Notes: generated by a model not told the origin, from the sequence alone. A stretch of 64,000 nt of DNA from Eledone cirrhosa (GCA_964016885.1 OZ024756.1:13330001-13394000), one strand, 5' to 3'. Counted from the first letter of the stretch, positions 11,488-27,200 are shown. Numbers and translations are program-made.

Positions 11488-14400
11488 ATATCTATCTATC
11501 TATAAGAGTCATACCACATACATACAAAACCTAAAACAAAACTTCCCACATGACTTCCCCGTGTCCTATTAAAAGGATTCCCCTTAACCACCCCCAACTC
11601 TGACAAACTGAAATTGGAGATTGAACAACCCGACCTGCAGGAGCTAAAAGGGTAAGTGTTCCTTTTTCTCTTTCAACTCTTCTTCACCAACACAGTGAAT
11701 CTATGAGTCAGATGTTTAAATGCACATGGCCTGAGAAAGGCAGTGTCAGCTTATGACAACGACGTAACCGTAATGGTGTTGAAAACCTCAGAAATCGGGG
11801 TAACCAGCAATTGTTACAGGAATACAAAACATTGACAGGAGCAAAAGTAAATCCGGACAAGTCTGTTGGCTTGCAACTTGGCACCTGCAGAGTCAAATCC
11901 CTGCCGTCTGACTGTGTCATTGGACGCTGGACAGAAGGAACGGTAATATTACTTGCGGTCTGGTTTGGTCCAGACCTCCAGGGGGTTAAAAACTGGAATG
12001 AGGTTACGGCAAAGGTATTTGCGCTCACCCAGAAGTGCGCTAAACACACACTCTCCTCAAAAGGTTGAGCAGTCTGTCATCAACTACCACTTAACGGTCA
12101 TGCCTTGCACCTGCGATCACCTTGCCAAAATGGAGCATCTACTCTTCAAGTTTTGATGGAAGGGACAGGCTCCATTGGTGAGGAGATCCATCAGCTGCCA
12201 ACACCCTTCACATGGGATCTGGGCCATGGTTGATGACGTGAAAACATGCATTGAGGCTACATCATCTCCAGGTATTCCTGACCAAGAAACAAGTGGAGTC
12301 ATCATTCATGAGACAAACCTTTTCACAGCTCATCTCATTGCGTTGCAAACTTGGGTTAAGCAAAGACCGAAAATGGGTGCCTGACTCCTAGAATGCATTC
12401 AGGCACTCATAGTCCTCTACCAAGCAATACCATGTTAACATTCTATAGGGGATTAGTAGAAGATAAGTGAGTTGACGCTCTCGGAGAGACTCTGGGCATC
12501 GACCAAGATAAACTGGTGAGTCTATTCCAAAGGACTTTTGGTCCAGAGCTTATGGATAACTTCCAGAAATCCCTGGCTTGGCAGTACTACCAGCTCTACC
12601 AGTTCGAGATAAGATCTACAGGCATTGGACAGGTTCTTCCCTGGCAGGAATCCTGCGGGAAGAATCTGTCCAAGATGCAAGCAGAACACAGAAACTGTTC
12701 TACATGCCATTTTTCAGTGCCCAGGAGTTGCTGACCTGTGGAATTATGTCAAGCAGGTACTGTCGCATATGGGACAAATCTAGCTGTGAACTGAGTCCAT
12801 CGTGAGGATCACCCCACCGCTTTCAACACTGAAGGAGAGGCAGTTCTCCTCTGATGGCAGCTATGGTGAAAGAAGTTGTATGGTAGACTAGATTGAAAGG
12901 ACTGAGGGCAAACACCTTCCTCCCCTTTTCCAAATATCAGTTTAAAAGGAAGATGAGGGTGGAAAGAGAGGTGCTGCACCCCAGTAAATTCACTGAAAGG
13001 TGGGTGAATGTGGCAAAAATGGCCCGAATGAATGACCCTACTCTGTATATAAACCAGTAGGTTGAAGAAAACAAGAGAGAAGATGAGAGCACTTACAAGA
13101 CATGCCCTTGGTATTGAGGGTCATTCTATCTTCAGGGTGTAAAACAACCCAGCAGTGACATTCCCCACTATTGGGGATTGCGATTGTTTATTTATAATCG
13201 TTAAATTTATTCACATGCTTCCATGTACAACCCCTTTGTCTTGTAATGTCCCATTTCTTGTGTGTCCTTGTGGCAAATAAAGAACTTTATCTATCTATCT
13301 ATATCTATGTATCTGTCTATTTATCTATCTACTGCTTGTTTGTCATTGATTTCCAAGCAGTTGGTGTGTCTTTTTGTAAATATTATCATATCTGAGTAAA
13401 TATTGTCATATCCGCAGTAAATATTGTCATATCTGCAGTAAATATTGTCATATCCGCAGTAAATATTATCATATCCGCAGTAAATATCATATCTGCAGTA
13501 AATATTATCATATCCGCAGTAAATATTGTCATATCTGCAGTAAATATTGTCATATCCGCAGTAAATATTATCATATCCGCAGTAAATATTGTCATATCTG
13601 CAGTAAATATCATATCTGCAGTAAATATTGTCATATCTGCAGTAAATATTGTCATATCCACAGTAAATATTATCATATCTGCATTGAAAGATTTGACAGA
13701 AGTGATGACTGAAACAGTAAAGCCCCAGATCACATGACAGTAAGCCCTACTTTTTTATGTCTCTTTAGGATTTACTAGCAGAATGGCCCGGCGTTGCTCG
13801 GGATTTGCTCTAGGGTTGTTATATATTTGATATATATTTATCCTTATCGAGCCTCATGAAATAAATACGTTTGTTTATATTTTGCTATTGTGTATGCAAA
13901 AATATCTGTACACGAATATATAATTATATATATATATATTCAAGCATGTTTTACAACGTGAGGACCAGAAACAGGAGGTATTCAAGATTGCGAGGCAGTG
14001 TGTCAGAGATAGTTGTGATGTCATTGGAGAGAAGTGTATCCGGAATGATAAAGGTGAGCTTGCCCTCACAAGTGCTGAGAAGAAAGATGCATGGAAGAGT
14101 CATTATGATAGATTACTAAATGAGGAGAATGCATGGGAAGAAGAGACCCTACCCCACGTAGACCCTATAGAGGGACCAGCAGTACAAGTCAGCGGCAGCG
14201 TAGTAAGTAAGGCAATCAGAGATATGAAGATAGGGAAGGCAACCGGTCCATCGGGTATAGCTGCCGAGATGCTGAAGGCATCTGGGTCTGTAGGTCACAC
14301 TATAACCACACGTATCGTTAACCAGGTAATAATAGAGGGGGCCATACCAAAAGATTGGTGCAGTAGCATCATTGTCAACTGCTACAAAGGTAAAGGCGAT

Positions 14401-17400
14401 GCACTAGATAGAGGAAACTATAGAGGTATAAAGTTGATGGACCAGGTCATGAAAGTAACAGAAAGAGTTATAGCACAGCTGATTAGGGACCGGGTGAATA
14501 TAGACGAGATGCAATTTGGGTTTGTTCCAGGGAAAGGCACCACTGATGCGCTCTTCCTTGTGAGGCAATTACAGGAAAAGTACCTAGCTAAAAGTAAGCC
14601 ACTCTACTTGGCATTTGTCGACCTTGAGAAAGCCTTTGACAGAGTTCCACGTGCAGTAATCTGGTGGGCTCTTAGAAAACTAGGAGTAGATGAATGGCTT
14701 GTGAAAGCGGTACAAGCCATGTATAGGGGAGCAGTCAGCAAAGTTAGGATTGGCAATGAGTATAGCGAGGAATTTAGCGTACAGGTTGGGGTCCACCAGG
14801 GCTCTGTTCTTAGCCCTCTCCTGTTCATCATAGTCCTGCAGGCAATAACGGAGGAGTTTAAGACCGGATGCCCATGGGAACTCCTGTATGCTGATGACCT
14901 CGCACTCATAGCTGAATCTATGGTAGAACTAGAGAATAAATTCCAAACCTGGAAGCAGGGACTAGAGAGAAAGGGCCTCAAAGTCAACATGACAAAGACT
15001 AAGGTCCTTATAAGTAGACGAGAAAACAGAACCCAGATCCCCTCAGGGAAATGGCCTTGCTCAGTATGTAGGAAAGGTGTAGGTAGGAACTCCATTCTTT
15101 GCCCCAAATGCAAACAATGGGTACACAAGAGATGTAGCGGGATCTCAGGAAGCTTAATTAAGAATGTAGGATTCACATGCAGCAGCTGTGCTGAAACAGC
15201 AAGCAAACAGCCACAGGAAACAAGTACCACCAATCTCTGGGAGGGCCCTGTAGAAACAGTAGACAGCTTCTGCTACCTAGGTGACCGAATTAGCAACGGA
15301 GGTGGGTGCTCAGAAAGTACAATAACTAGGGTAAGAACGGGATGGAAGAAGTTTAGGGAACTACTACCACTGCTAGCTGCAAAAGGCTTCTCCCTCAGAA
15401 TGAAAGGCAGACTGTATGATGCGTGTATCCGAACAGCGATGTTGCATGGTAGTGAGACCTGGGCGCTGAAGGTGGAAGACTTACGTAGATTAGAGAGAAA
15501 CGAAGCCTGCATGCTCCGATGGATGTGTAACAGTAATATACGTGAACGACAAAGCATAAATGAATTGAGAGAGAGACTGAGCATAAGAGGAATCAAATGC
15601 TGCGTGCAGGAGAGGCGGTTACGCTGGTATGGACATGTGATGCGTATGAAGGATGACAGCTGCATAAAAAGGTGCAGAGCACTAGAAGTTGATGGAAACC
15701 GCGGAGTGGGGAGACCCAAGATGACTTGGGATGAGGTGATAAAAGCCGACCTTACCCAACTACACCTCTCAAAGTCAATGACACACGACCGTGACTTCTG
15801 GCGTCACGCAGTAATACAGGGTACCCGACCTCCCATGGGTACATGCTGAAGCATATAAACAATATGCCCCCGCCCCCCCCCCACCGCAAGGTGGTCGTGG
15901 AGGTGCCACGGCAAAAAAGCACCCAGCCCACACTGTAAAGTGGACGTGTAGGCGCCACGAAAAAGCACCCAGCACTCACTGTAAATGAGGTTGGTGTTAG
16001 GAAGGGCATCCAGCTGTAGAAATCAAGCCAGATCAGTTCCTGTATGAGCAAGGCATGGTCAGCCGACCAGACACTGCCCACAACAGGACAACCCGTCTAA
16101 CCCATGCTAGCGTGGAAGAACGGACGTAAAACGGTGATGATGATGATGATGATGATATATATATATATATATATAACAGTACAGAGAAGTACGGAATACC
16201 TCGGCCTAGGGATGGTGTCTACATTTTGTGCTTATAAAAACAGACAGACAGACATTCTCTGTTTTAGATATATAGATAAGTTAAATAAATATCAGCCACA
16301 TGAGATGCTGTACAGTATTTTCTAACTCATATCACTACTCTACAAGAATTAATATTCAGATTTCAAAAAGAATATACACATTTATGAGACTCTGCCACAC
16401 AAGATGTCCTAGTGGTTAAGGTGTTAGACTTACAATCACAATGTTGTAGCTTAGATTCTTAGACCAGTTTGTGTGTTTGTGTTCTTGAGCAAAACACACC
16501 ATTTCACATTACTCCAGTATACTACAGTAGAGGTATGAGGCCTAGTGGTAAGGGTGTTAGAAAGGTTGTGTGTTGTGTTCTTGAGCAAAACACACCATTT
16601 CACATTACTCCAGTATACTACAGTGGAGGTATGAGGCCTAGTGGTAAGGGTGTTAGACTGGGTTGTGTGTTGTGTTCTTGAGCAAAACACACCATTTCAC
16701 ATTACTCCAGTATACTACAGTGGAGGTATGAGGCCTAGTGGTAAGGGTGTTAGACTGGGTTGTGTGTTGTGTTCTTGAGCAAAACACACCATTTCACATT
16801 ACTCCAGTATACTCAACTAGTTGCGGTCAAATTTCCCTGTACATCTACTGCATATAGAGTTTTCCCTACCTGTTAGTTTGCCTGCTATCCCACTACATCT
16901 CTTGTGTACCCAAGACCTGCATTGTTTACATTTTATAGAATTTATGCCAACTCCTTTCCTACATATCAAACATGGCCATTTCCCTGATGGAATCAGAGTT
17001 TTGTCCTCTTTTCTATTTATCAACACTTTAGTCTTAGCTAGTTTCACTCTCAGTCCTCTTGATTCCAACTGCTGTTTCCATAGTCAGAATTTATTCTCTA
17101 GCTCCTCTACTGATTCTGCTATAAGAACCAGATCATCAGCATAGAGAAGTTTCCATGGGCAGCCAGTCTTAAATTCCTCTGTTATGGCTTGGAGGACTAT
17201 AATGAACAAGAGTGGGCTGAGGACTGAACCCTGATGTACTTCTACTTGTATCTGGAATTCCTCACTAAACTCCATTCCTACTCTCACTTTACTGACAGCA
17301 CCCCTGTACATAGTTTGCATTGTCCTCACAAGCCATTCCTCTACACCTATTTTCCTTAATGACCACCAGATGACAGATCGGGGTACCCTATCAAAGGCCT

Positions 17401-18772
17401 TCTCTAGGTCAACAAAAGCTAAGTACAGTGGCTTATTCTTCTCTAAGAACCTCTCTTGTAGTTGTCTCACTAAGAAGAGGGCATCTGTTGTACTTTTCCC
17501 AGGCACAAAAACCAAACTGCATCTCATCTAATTTGCACCTTTCTCTAATTAGTTGCGCTAGTATTCTTTCTACCACTTTCATAACCTGATCCATCAGTTT
17601 TATGCCCCTATAATTGCTCCTCTCCAGAGCATCCCTTTTACCTTTGTAGCAATTTATGAGAATACTGCTGCACCAGTCTTTGGGTATGACTCCACCATAT
17701 ATAGCTTGGTTGACAATGCGTGTAACGAGTTTAGTGCCTACGTACCCTGATGCCTTCAGCATCTCAGCAACTATCCCCGACGGTCCAGCGGCCATACAAC
17801 TTTTCATTTCCTTAATTGCCTCTTGGACCCTATATCCATCAATCTCAATATCTGGTCCCTCTGTTGGATCTACTGGGGGTAGTTTCTCTCTCTCCCATTA
17901 ATTCTCAACATTCATCAGTCTCTCATAATGACATTTCCAGGCCTCCTTTTTCTGATCATTCGTGACACTAAGTACACCAGCATCATTCTGGACACACTTA
18001 TCTCCAACAACATTCTGATTTGCACTGACACACTGCCTTGCAATGCGGAACACCGCACGTCTCTGATCTTCCCGTCGCAGAACATTGGCAAAGCTCCTAC
18101 TCTCAGTCTCCCTGCGTGCTAAGTACACCTGACGTCTAGCTTCTCTCTTAGCGGCTGTATATCCTTCTCTACTCCCACCATTTTCCCAAGCCTGTCATGT
18201 TAGTCTTTTGTCTCTAATGGCCCTATCTACTGTGCTGCTCCACTACCAGGTCACTCTCTGTCTGGTTGGAGCTTTGCTCCAGTCACAAGTTTCTTCTTGT
18301 ATATATATATATATATATATATACAAGACCATGTCACTGGACCGAGATCTTTGGCGGTACACAGTAATACAGAAGACCCGCCTTACCTAAGTAGAAAGTG
18401 AAACCTACTACAGTCAGTAGGCACCTCTAACAAAATACACCTCCGTCCCACTACCCCCACCCCATCCACACCACCCCTTTCAATGTAAAGCTATGTTGGC
18501 ACCACAACATCCAGTCCGAAACAAATGAGGTCGTGTAGGTGTCACGACAAAAAACACACAGTCCACGCTGTAATGTGGCCATGTAGGTAACACGGTAAAA
18601 ATCTCCCAGTCCACACTGTAAACGTGGTTGGTGTTAGGAAGGGCATCCAGCCGTAGAAAACCCGCCAGACAGTCCTATGCGAGCAAGTCAACCACTTTTG
18701 CCTCAAGTGGGAAAACTCCCGTCCAAACCCACGCAAGCGTGGAAGATGGACATTAAACGATGATGATGATGA

Positions 18773-18825
<53 letters not shown>

Positions 18826-21373
18826 CATATTGTTGTAATAATATATATATATATATTAGCTACTCCTGCGGTCCCCCTATTAAATCTTATATCCTCAATA
18901 AGAAAATACCCAGAGAACATCAAACTTGCTCCTGTAGAGTCAAAAGTGAATGCCCGTTACAAGGTAAATGCAACACCAAAGCCATTGTATATGCGGCTAA
19001 AGTGACAACCATCAGCAACAACCAACCAGCCACCAGCGAACGATATGTGGGTATGACACAAGACAAATTCAAAACGTGTTATTACTCACATGTCGCATCT
19101 TTCCGACATCCAGAAAAAAGATTTACAACATCTCTGGCTAGCAGAATATGGGATTTGAAAGACCAAGGTATCCAATATAAATTGGATTGGTCAATTTTGA
19201 ACCAATCTAAAGAATATGCAAGAGGAACAAGAAGATGCGCACTCTGCATATTGGATTTTACAGAACTTTAAATCACCAAAAACCTGCCTAAATACAAAAA
19301 CAGAAATTTTCACCAGTTGCCCACACATGAAATCACACTTGCTTTCCAGCTCATATAAACTTAACTCACTTTCAGATACTTATCCTCCATAAACTCTTAT
19401 TCTTCACTTTCCTTAAATTATCCTCTTTACAGATTTCTCTTTCTGATTTACTTTCATTTTTAACTTTATTTTTAATTTTATTTTTATTTTTACTTCACAT
19501 CCACCAGTAACCCCCCCCCCCCTACTTTTCGATTCACTTACCTAATATCTTCATATTCCACATTTTACTTCCCCATTTTCTTTCACTACCTGATATCACA
19601 TGTCACTTGCGTTTTCCACTCCAGATATGTTCTGTTGTTTCGCAGCCAATTTTATATTTGTACTCATGTATTCATATGGCTGATTTATAATCTGTATCTA
19701 TGTGTCTGAGTGTGCTTATGTGTGTATACATTCTGTATATGAATACGAACGCCTCCATATGTATGCGTGCGTACGTATATATATATATATGTGTATGTAT
19801 GTTTTTATATCTAGATTTTTTATATTTATGTTTTTTTATATCTATGTTTTTTCATATCTATGTTTTTTTACATTCTTATTTTTACGTGTGTGTGTATGCG
19901 GGTGAATGTATGTGTATGTGTATGTATATGTGTATATATGTATATGTATGTATGGGTGTGTATGTATATGTGTCTATATATATTTATAGTCGCATACGTA
20001 CGTGTCATTAGCTATACATGGGGCGATATATATATATATACGTGCCTCGTATGTATGTACGCATGCATGCGCTTTTGTCTGTACGTATTTGTGTGTATAA
20101 ATATTTTTATATATATATATGTGTATGTACGTGCGTACCTATGTTTGTTTTCTTTTCTCTAGTGTTAATTGATTACTTTCTCTTTGATTTAAAAAAATTT
20201 CATTCTCATATATTGTTTCATTTTTATACATATATCGAGAATGACACTTCTTTTTACTATTACACTCCCTTCCCTCTTTATCTTCCGCATATAAGTGACC
20301 GCGCGTGTATGTGTGTTTATACACGTGCTTTCATACTCGTATGTGTATTTAATACCTGTATCTGGATGCGTGTCAACTATATTATCATACATTTTCTTTT
20401 TCAACTCATATTATATACGTATTTGTGGTCACATATACACAAATATATTTGCCCTCATATATGTACTTACGCACACATTTTCACCATACACATGCATTTG
20501 TACATAAACACATATGTACATTTGTGAGTGTATATACATACATATACACATACCCTAACTATATTTCCTTATATTTTTTTATATATCTCTTTCATTACTT
20601 TTATTTATATATTTTTTGCATTTCTTGAGGAGACTTTCCAAATATTTCACTATGTTTTAAATTGCCTTGTCCGTCTTATTCGGGAAACCTCTGGTAATGA
20701 GGTAATTATATTGTATTGTTTATTATACATTAAAGTTTGCTCTGGTACTTACATAGAGCACTCTTCACTCCTATGACTTTTTCAATTTTCAACGGAAACT
20801 TCAATACTTATATATATATATATATATATAAACGGAAAAAGTGAAACGAAATTTCATTTCCCACTCTTAGTACGGCTGTTACTTAAATATAAGTATGTAC
20901 ACATACATACATATATGTATACAGACGTACAGTAGTATGTATATATATATATACATACATGCACACATATATATATATATGTACGTATGGATTCACCGAA
21001 CATTTATTATAATGCTCGGTGTGTTTGTAAACAAACATATATATATATATATAGGAGGGTCATATTATTGCCGGAAATAATAACAGAACACACTCACTGT
21101 TTGGTTGGTTTTCGCTTCTGTATCTTTTATATCTCCACAGTTAATTCATTTGGTTCTCAATGTTTATCATTGACTGACCAACGGTCAAAAATACAGATAT
21201 AATATAGATATAAACACATAAATATAGTCTAACAAAGTTCTTTCGTTGCACATCTGCAACATCATCAGTGGTACTATTATGTTCCTCCTGTTGCATTGTA
21301 TGTCTATGCCATTTTTATTTTATCTGTTTATTTATTTATTTATTTGTGTCTTCTTCTCTGTGTATGCGTTTGC

Positions 21374-21457
<84 letters not shown>

Positions 21458-24187
21458 CAAATAGTTTTATCGCTCTATATGGCTGAATAGAAGAAATGTA
21501 AATCTGAGTTTTTTTAATATTAATAATAATGTTCAATTTGTTTGCAATTATGCAAACAGCCTCTTAACCCTTTAATGTTCAAACCGGCCAGAATTCTCTA
21601 CCTCTTTCTGTTGAAACTGGCTGTAACTGGTCACTCAAACTGATGTTAAGGTATTGTTCTCAAAATAAATACTTTCAAAATCTCATAGATTCGATATTAT
21701 GTGAGATAATTATATGAGGTAAAGCTTTTACCATGAAAATATAATAGTATATATAGAGTAATGTGAATGTTATGTGAGATATTATGTGAGATAAAGCCTT
21801 TACCATGAAAATACAATAGTATATATAGAGTAATGTGAATGTTATGTGAGATATTATGTGAGATAAAGCCTTTACCATGAAAATACAATAGTATATATAG
21901 AGTAATGTGAATGTTATGTGAGATATTATGTGAGATAATTATGTGAGATAAAGCCTTTACCATGAAAATATAATAGTATATATAGAGTAATGTGAATGTT
22001 ATGTGAGATATTATGTGAGATAATTATGTGAGATAAAGCCTTTACCATGAAAATATAATAGTATATATAGAGTAATGTGAATGTTATGTGAGATATTATG
22101 CGAGATAAAGCCTTTACCATGAAAATATAATAGTATATATAGAGTAATAGGGAGAAATATGTATGCAGTAGATGTACAGGGAAATTAGACAGTAGAAGTC
22201 GCACTGATAGACACATTTTTCAAATGCGAGAGGGCGCTATAGAAGTGGTGGATAGCTTCCGGTACCTAGGAGATCAGATTAGCATGGGAGGAGGGTGTTC
22301 CGAGGCCATAGTATCTAGAATAAGGACGGGTTGGAAGAAGTTTAGGGAGCTGCTTCCTCTGTTGACGAAGAAGGGTTTCTCCCTGCGTACGAAAGGCCGG
22401 TTGTATGATGCCTGTGTGAGGAGCGCGATGCTGCATGGTAGTGAGACATGGGCAGCAACCGCAGAGGATATGCGACGGCTGGAGAGAAATGAGGCAAGCA
22501 TGCTCCGTTGGATGTGCAATGTAAATGTGCGTGAACGACCCAGCATAAATGTGTTGAGAGAGAAACTGTGTCTGAGAGGGATAGAATGTAGTGTACGGGA
22601 GAGGAGACTGAGGTGGTATGGACATGTGATGCGCATGGAGGATGACCGATGGGTGAAGAAGTGCCAGGAAATGCCAGTTGAAGGAAGACGTGGTAGGGGT
22701 AGACCACGAAAAACATGGGCGGAGGTGGTGAGAACAGACCTCAGATCATTGAAGCTCACGGTGGAGATGACGAGGGACCGTGACGAGTGGAGAGATGCTG
22801 TGCTGAATAAGACCCGTCCCACCCTTGCAAGCAGGGAAAAGCGGACGTAAAATGATGATGATGATGATGATGATGATGATAATGTGAATGTTATGTGAGA
22901 TATTATGTGAGATAATTATGTGAGATAATTATGTGGGATAAAGCCTTTACCATGAAAATATAATAGTATATATAGAGTAATGTGAATGTTATGTGAGATA
23001 TTATGTGAGATAATTATGTGAGATAAAGCTTTTACCATGAAAATATAATAGTATATATAGAGTAATGTGAATGTTATGTGAGATATTATGTGAGATAATT
23101 ATGTGAGATAAAGCCTTTACCATGAAAATATAATAGTATATATAGAGTAATGTGAATGTTATGTGAGATATTATGTGAGATAAAGCCTTTACCATGAAAA
23201 TATAATAGTATATATAGAGTAATGTGAATGTTATGTGAGATATTATGTGAGATAAAGCCTTTACCATGAAAATATAATAGTATATATAGAGTAATGTGAA
23301 TGTTATGTGAGATATTATGTGAGATAAAGCCTTTACCATGAAAATATAATAGTATATATAGAGTAATGTGAATGTTATGTGAGATATTATGTGAGATAAA
23401 GCCTTTACCATGAAAATATAATAGTATATATAGAGTAATGTGAATGTTATGTGAGATATTATGTGAGATAAAGCTTTTACCATGAAAATATAATAGTATA
23501 TATAGAGTAATGTAAATGTTATGTGAGATAAAGCCTTTACCATGAAAATATAATAGTATATATAGAGTAATGTAAATGTTATGTGAGATAATTATGTGAG
23601 ATAAAGCCTTTACCATGAAAATATAATAGTATATATAGAGTAATGTAAATGTTATGTGAGATAATTATGTGAGATAAAGCCTTTACCATGAAAATATAAT
23701 AGTATATATAGAGTAATGTAAATGTTATGTGAGATAATTATGTGAGATAAAGCCTTTACCATGAAAATATAATAGTATATATAGAGTAATGTAAATGTTA
23801 TGTGAGATAATTATGTGAGATAAAGCCTTTACCATGAAAATATAATAGTATATATAGAGTAATGTAAATGTTATGTGAGATAATTATGTGAGATAAAGCC
23901 TTTACCATGAAAATATAATAGTATATATAGAGTAATGTAAATGTTATGTGAGATAATTATGTGAGATAAAGCCTTTACCATGAAAATATAATAATATATA
24001 TAGAATAATGTGAATGCTAAAGGGTTAATCCATGTGAGTAGAACAACCTTGTCATTCTTGCTCTCCTGTTTTTATGCCAACAGAAGAGCAAGACGGACGA
24101 GGTTGTTCTACTCACATGGATTAAGAGGCCGTTTGTATAATTGCAAACGAGTTGAATATTATTATTAATATTCACAAAACTCAGATT

Positions 24188-24219
<32 letters not shown>

Positions 24220-27200
24220 GGTATCATGACAAAAAGCACCCAGTACACACTGTAATTGTGGTTGGCATTAGGAAGGGCATCCAGTAATAGAAACCAAGCC
24301 CAAATCAGTTCTGTGTGAGCAAAACAAGGTCCTTCGACCTGGATTGTTTCACAACAGGACAGCTATTCTAACCCATTTTAGCGTAGAAAATTGGCATTAA
24401 ATGATGATGATGATATATATATGCACTCATATACGTTTTTGTTGCTATTGTTTATTGTTTTACTCTTGTGTAAGTGTCATGGGAATTGTATCTTGGGAAG
24501 TTACAATAAACCAGTTTATGGCAACAACAATGTAAACAATTCTTCCTGATATAAACAGGACATTTGATTTTGTTACGTGACCAAGATACCACGTGTGCCA
24601 TCAACAAACAGTTGAAGTCCTTAATCCATTAACATTTACATTACTCTATATATACTATTATATTATCTCACATAATATTATGTGTTCAAATCCCGCCGAG
24701 GTTAACTTTGTCTTTCATCCTTACGAGGTCGATAAAATAAAGTACCAGTAATGTACTGGGTAATTGCTGGCCTTGTGCCAATAGTAGAAACAATTATCTC
24801 ACATAATATTGAATCTATGAAATTTTGATATTATTTATTTTGAGAACAATACCTTAACATCAGTATGAGTATCCAGTTACAGCCGGTTTGAACCAACATA
24901 CATAACCACACATGTATATATTGCTAATTAGTCAATCAAATATTACCTTATATTACCTGTATGTTTAGCCGGCTACAGTTATATTTCTATAGTGATGCTC
25001 TTTGCATTATTATTAACAGCTGTAACTGGATACTCATACTGATGTTAGGGTATTGTTCTCAAAATATGTAATATCAAAATCTCATAGATTTGATATAATT
25101 GTTTCTACTATTGGCACAGGGCCAGCAATTATTCCAGTGTATTACTGGTACTTTATTTTATCGACCCCGTAAGGATGAAAGGTAAAGTTAACCTCGGCGG
25201 GATTTGAACTCAGATTTGATATAATGTGAGATAATTATGTGAGGTAAAGCCTTTATCGTGAAAATATAATAGTATATATAGAGTTCAAATCCCGCCGAGG
25301 TTAACTTTGCCTTTCATCCTTACGGGGTCGATAAAATAAAGTACCAGTAATGTACTGGGTAATTGCTGGCCCTGTGCCAAAAGTAGAAACAATTATCCTT
25401 AACTTTACGGCAGCGAGACATGGAGCCTCTACTCCAGACAGGAGTTAACTTTGCCTTTCATCCTTATGACGTCAATAAAATAAAATACCAGTAATGCACT
25501 GGGTTGATTTAATTGACTTTCCCCTCCCCCACCAAATTGATGGCCTTCTGCCTAAATCAGAAATCATTATTAACTTGGGGTTGTGTAGTGGTGGTGGTGG
25601 TAGGGTAAATTATGTCTGGGGTGTGGTGGTAGGGTAAATTATGTCTGGAGTGTGGTGGTAGGGTAAATTATGTCTGGAGTGTGGTGGTAGGGTAAATTAT
25701 GTCTGGGGTGTGGTGGTAGGGTTAATTATGTCTGGGGTGTGGTGGTAGGGTTAATTATGTCTGGGGTGTGGTGGTAGGGTAAATTATGTCTGGGGTGTGG
25801 TGGTAGGGTTAATTATGTCTGGGGTGTGGTGGTAGGGTTAATTATGTCTGGGGTGTGGTGGTAGGGTTAATTATGTCTGGGGTGTGGTGGTAGGGTAAAT
25901 TATGTCTGGGGTGTGGTGGTAGGGTTAATTATGTCTGGGGTGTGGTGGTAGGGTAAATTATGTCTGGGGTGTGGTGGTAGGGTTAATTATGTCTGGGGTG
26001 TGGTGGTAGGGTAAATTATGTCTGGGGTGTGGTGGTAGGGTTAATTATGTCTGGAGTGTGGTGGTAGGGTAAATTATGTCTGGGGTGTGGTGGTAGGGTT
26101 AATTATGTCTGGGGTGTGGTGGTAGGGTTAATTATGTCTGGGGTGTGGTGGTAGGGTTCTTATCTCATTTCCATTTGCATTTTCTGTTTAGAGAGTCTGA
26201 GGAGCTGGCTTCTTCTTTTTCTTCTTCTTCTTCTTCTTCTTCTTCTTCTTCTTTTTCTTTTTCTTCTTTTTCTTTTTCTTCTTCTTCTTCTTCTTCTTCT
26301 TTTTCGTCTTTTTCTTCTTCTTTTTCTTCTTTTTCTTCTTTTTCTTCTTCTTCTTCTTCTTGAGAGGGTTGTGGGGGAAGAGTCCTGAAACACTCCTTCC
26401 AGCAGATCCCGCCAGAGTCAACTGTTTCCAACTAATCCGACTGGATCCTCAAATGAGACCAGCCAAGCTTATGGATGTTTTCTAACCATCTTTACCTTCT
26501 CTCACTCTATTGAGCCCCTTAACTTGTTCTTACTTTTAATGTTTTGCTCACTTTCTCTCTCACTATCTCCCTTCTTCTCTCAATTCCCCCCTCCCTCTTA
26601 CTCCCTATCTTTCCCTTCCTTTCTCACTCTATTAAAAACGATTGATGTCATTGTAAAAATGTCTTAATTTTTACTCTCCTTTCTTTTAACAGTTCTTGGA
26701 CCCATCATCACTGAGTGAGTTGACATATTTCATAACTATCTTATTCAAACTACACACTATTATATTTTTGGCAGTATCGGTAGAGGGTCGGACGCCATGC
26801 TTTCCAGCAAAGAGTTATGGCCCTTTATGATCTGAGTTCAAATCCCACCGAGGTTAACTTTGCCTTTCATCCTTACGGGGTCGATAAAATAAAGTACCAG
26901 TAATACACTGGGGTAATTACTGGCCTTGTGCCAAAAGTAGAAACATTATTATTATTATTATTATTTGCATAGAGGGCGGTGGATTGCCAGTCTCGGTAAA
27001 GAGTCGGACACCATGCTTTGAAGCTTAGAGTTACGGGGTCTCTGTGATCTGAGTTCAAATCCCGCCAAGGTTAACTTTGCCTTTCATCCTTACGGGGTCG
27101 ATAAAATAAAGTACCAGTGACGCACTGGTGTCGATTTGATCCTCCCCCCCAAAAAATTGCTGGCCTTGTGCCTATATAAGAAACCATTATTATTTGGCGG

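Noticed and set aside
11641-11651. Possible microexon cag|GAGCTAAAAGG|gtaagt
   Set aside because: No polypyrimidine tract, and it would create TGA after exon 2.
13361-13745. Possible extra exon (cag|TTGGTG...CA|gtaagc) around the 21-bp repeat
   Set aside because: Stop codons in the phase-compatible frame; the gene model is already in phase without it.
21695-24010. CRISPR-like appearance of regular repeats
   Set aside because: Units are contiguous with no unique spacers, there are no cas genes, and the context is eukaryotic.
26145-26431. Poly-K/E/R/S ORFs (also 52456-52722) and YI-repeat ORFs throughout
   Set aside because: (CTT)n and (TA)n microsatellite translations.
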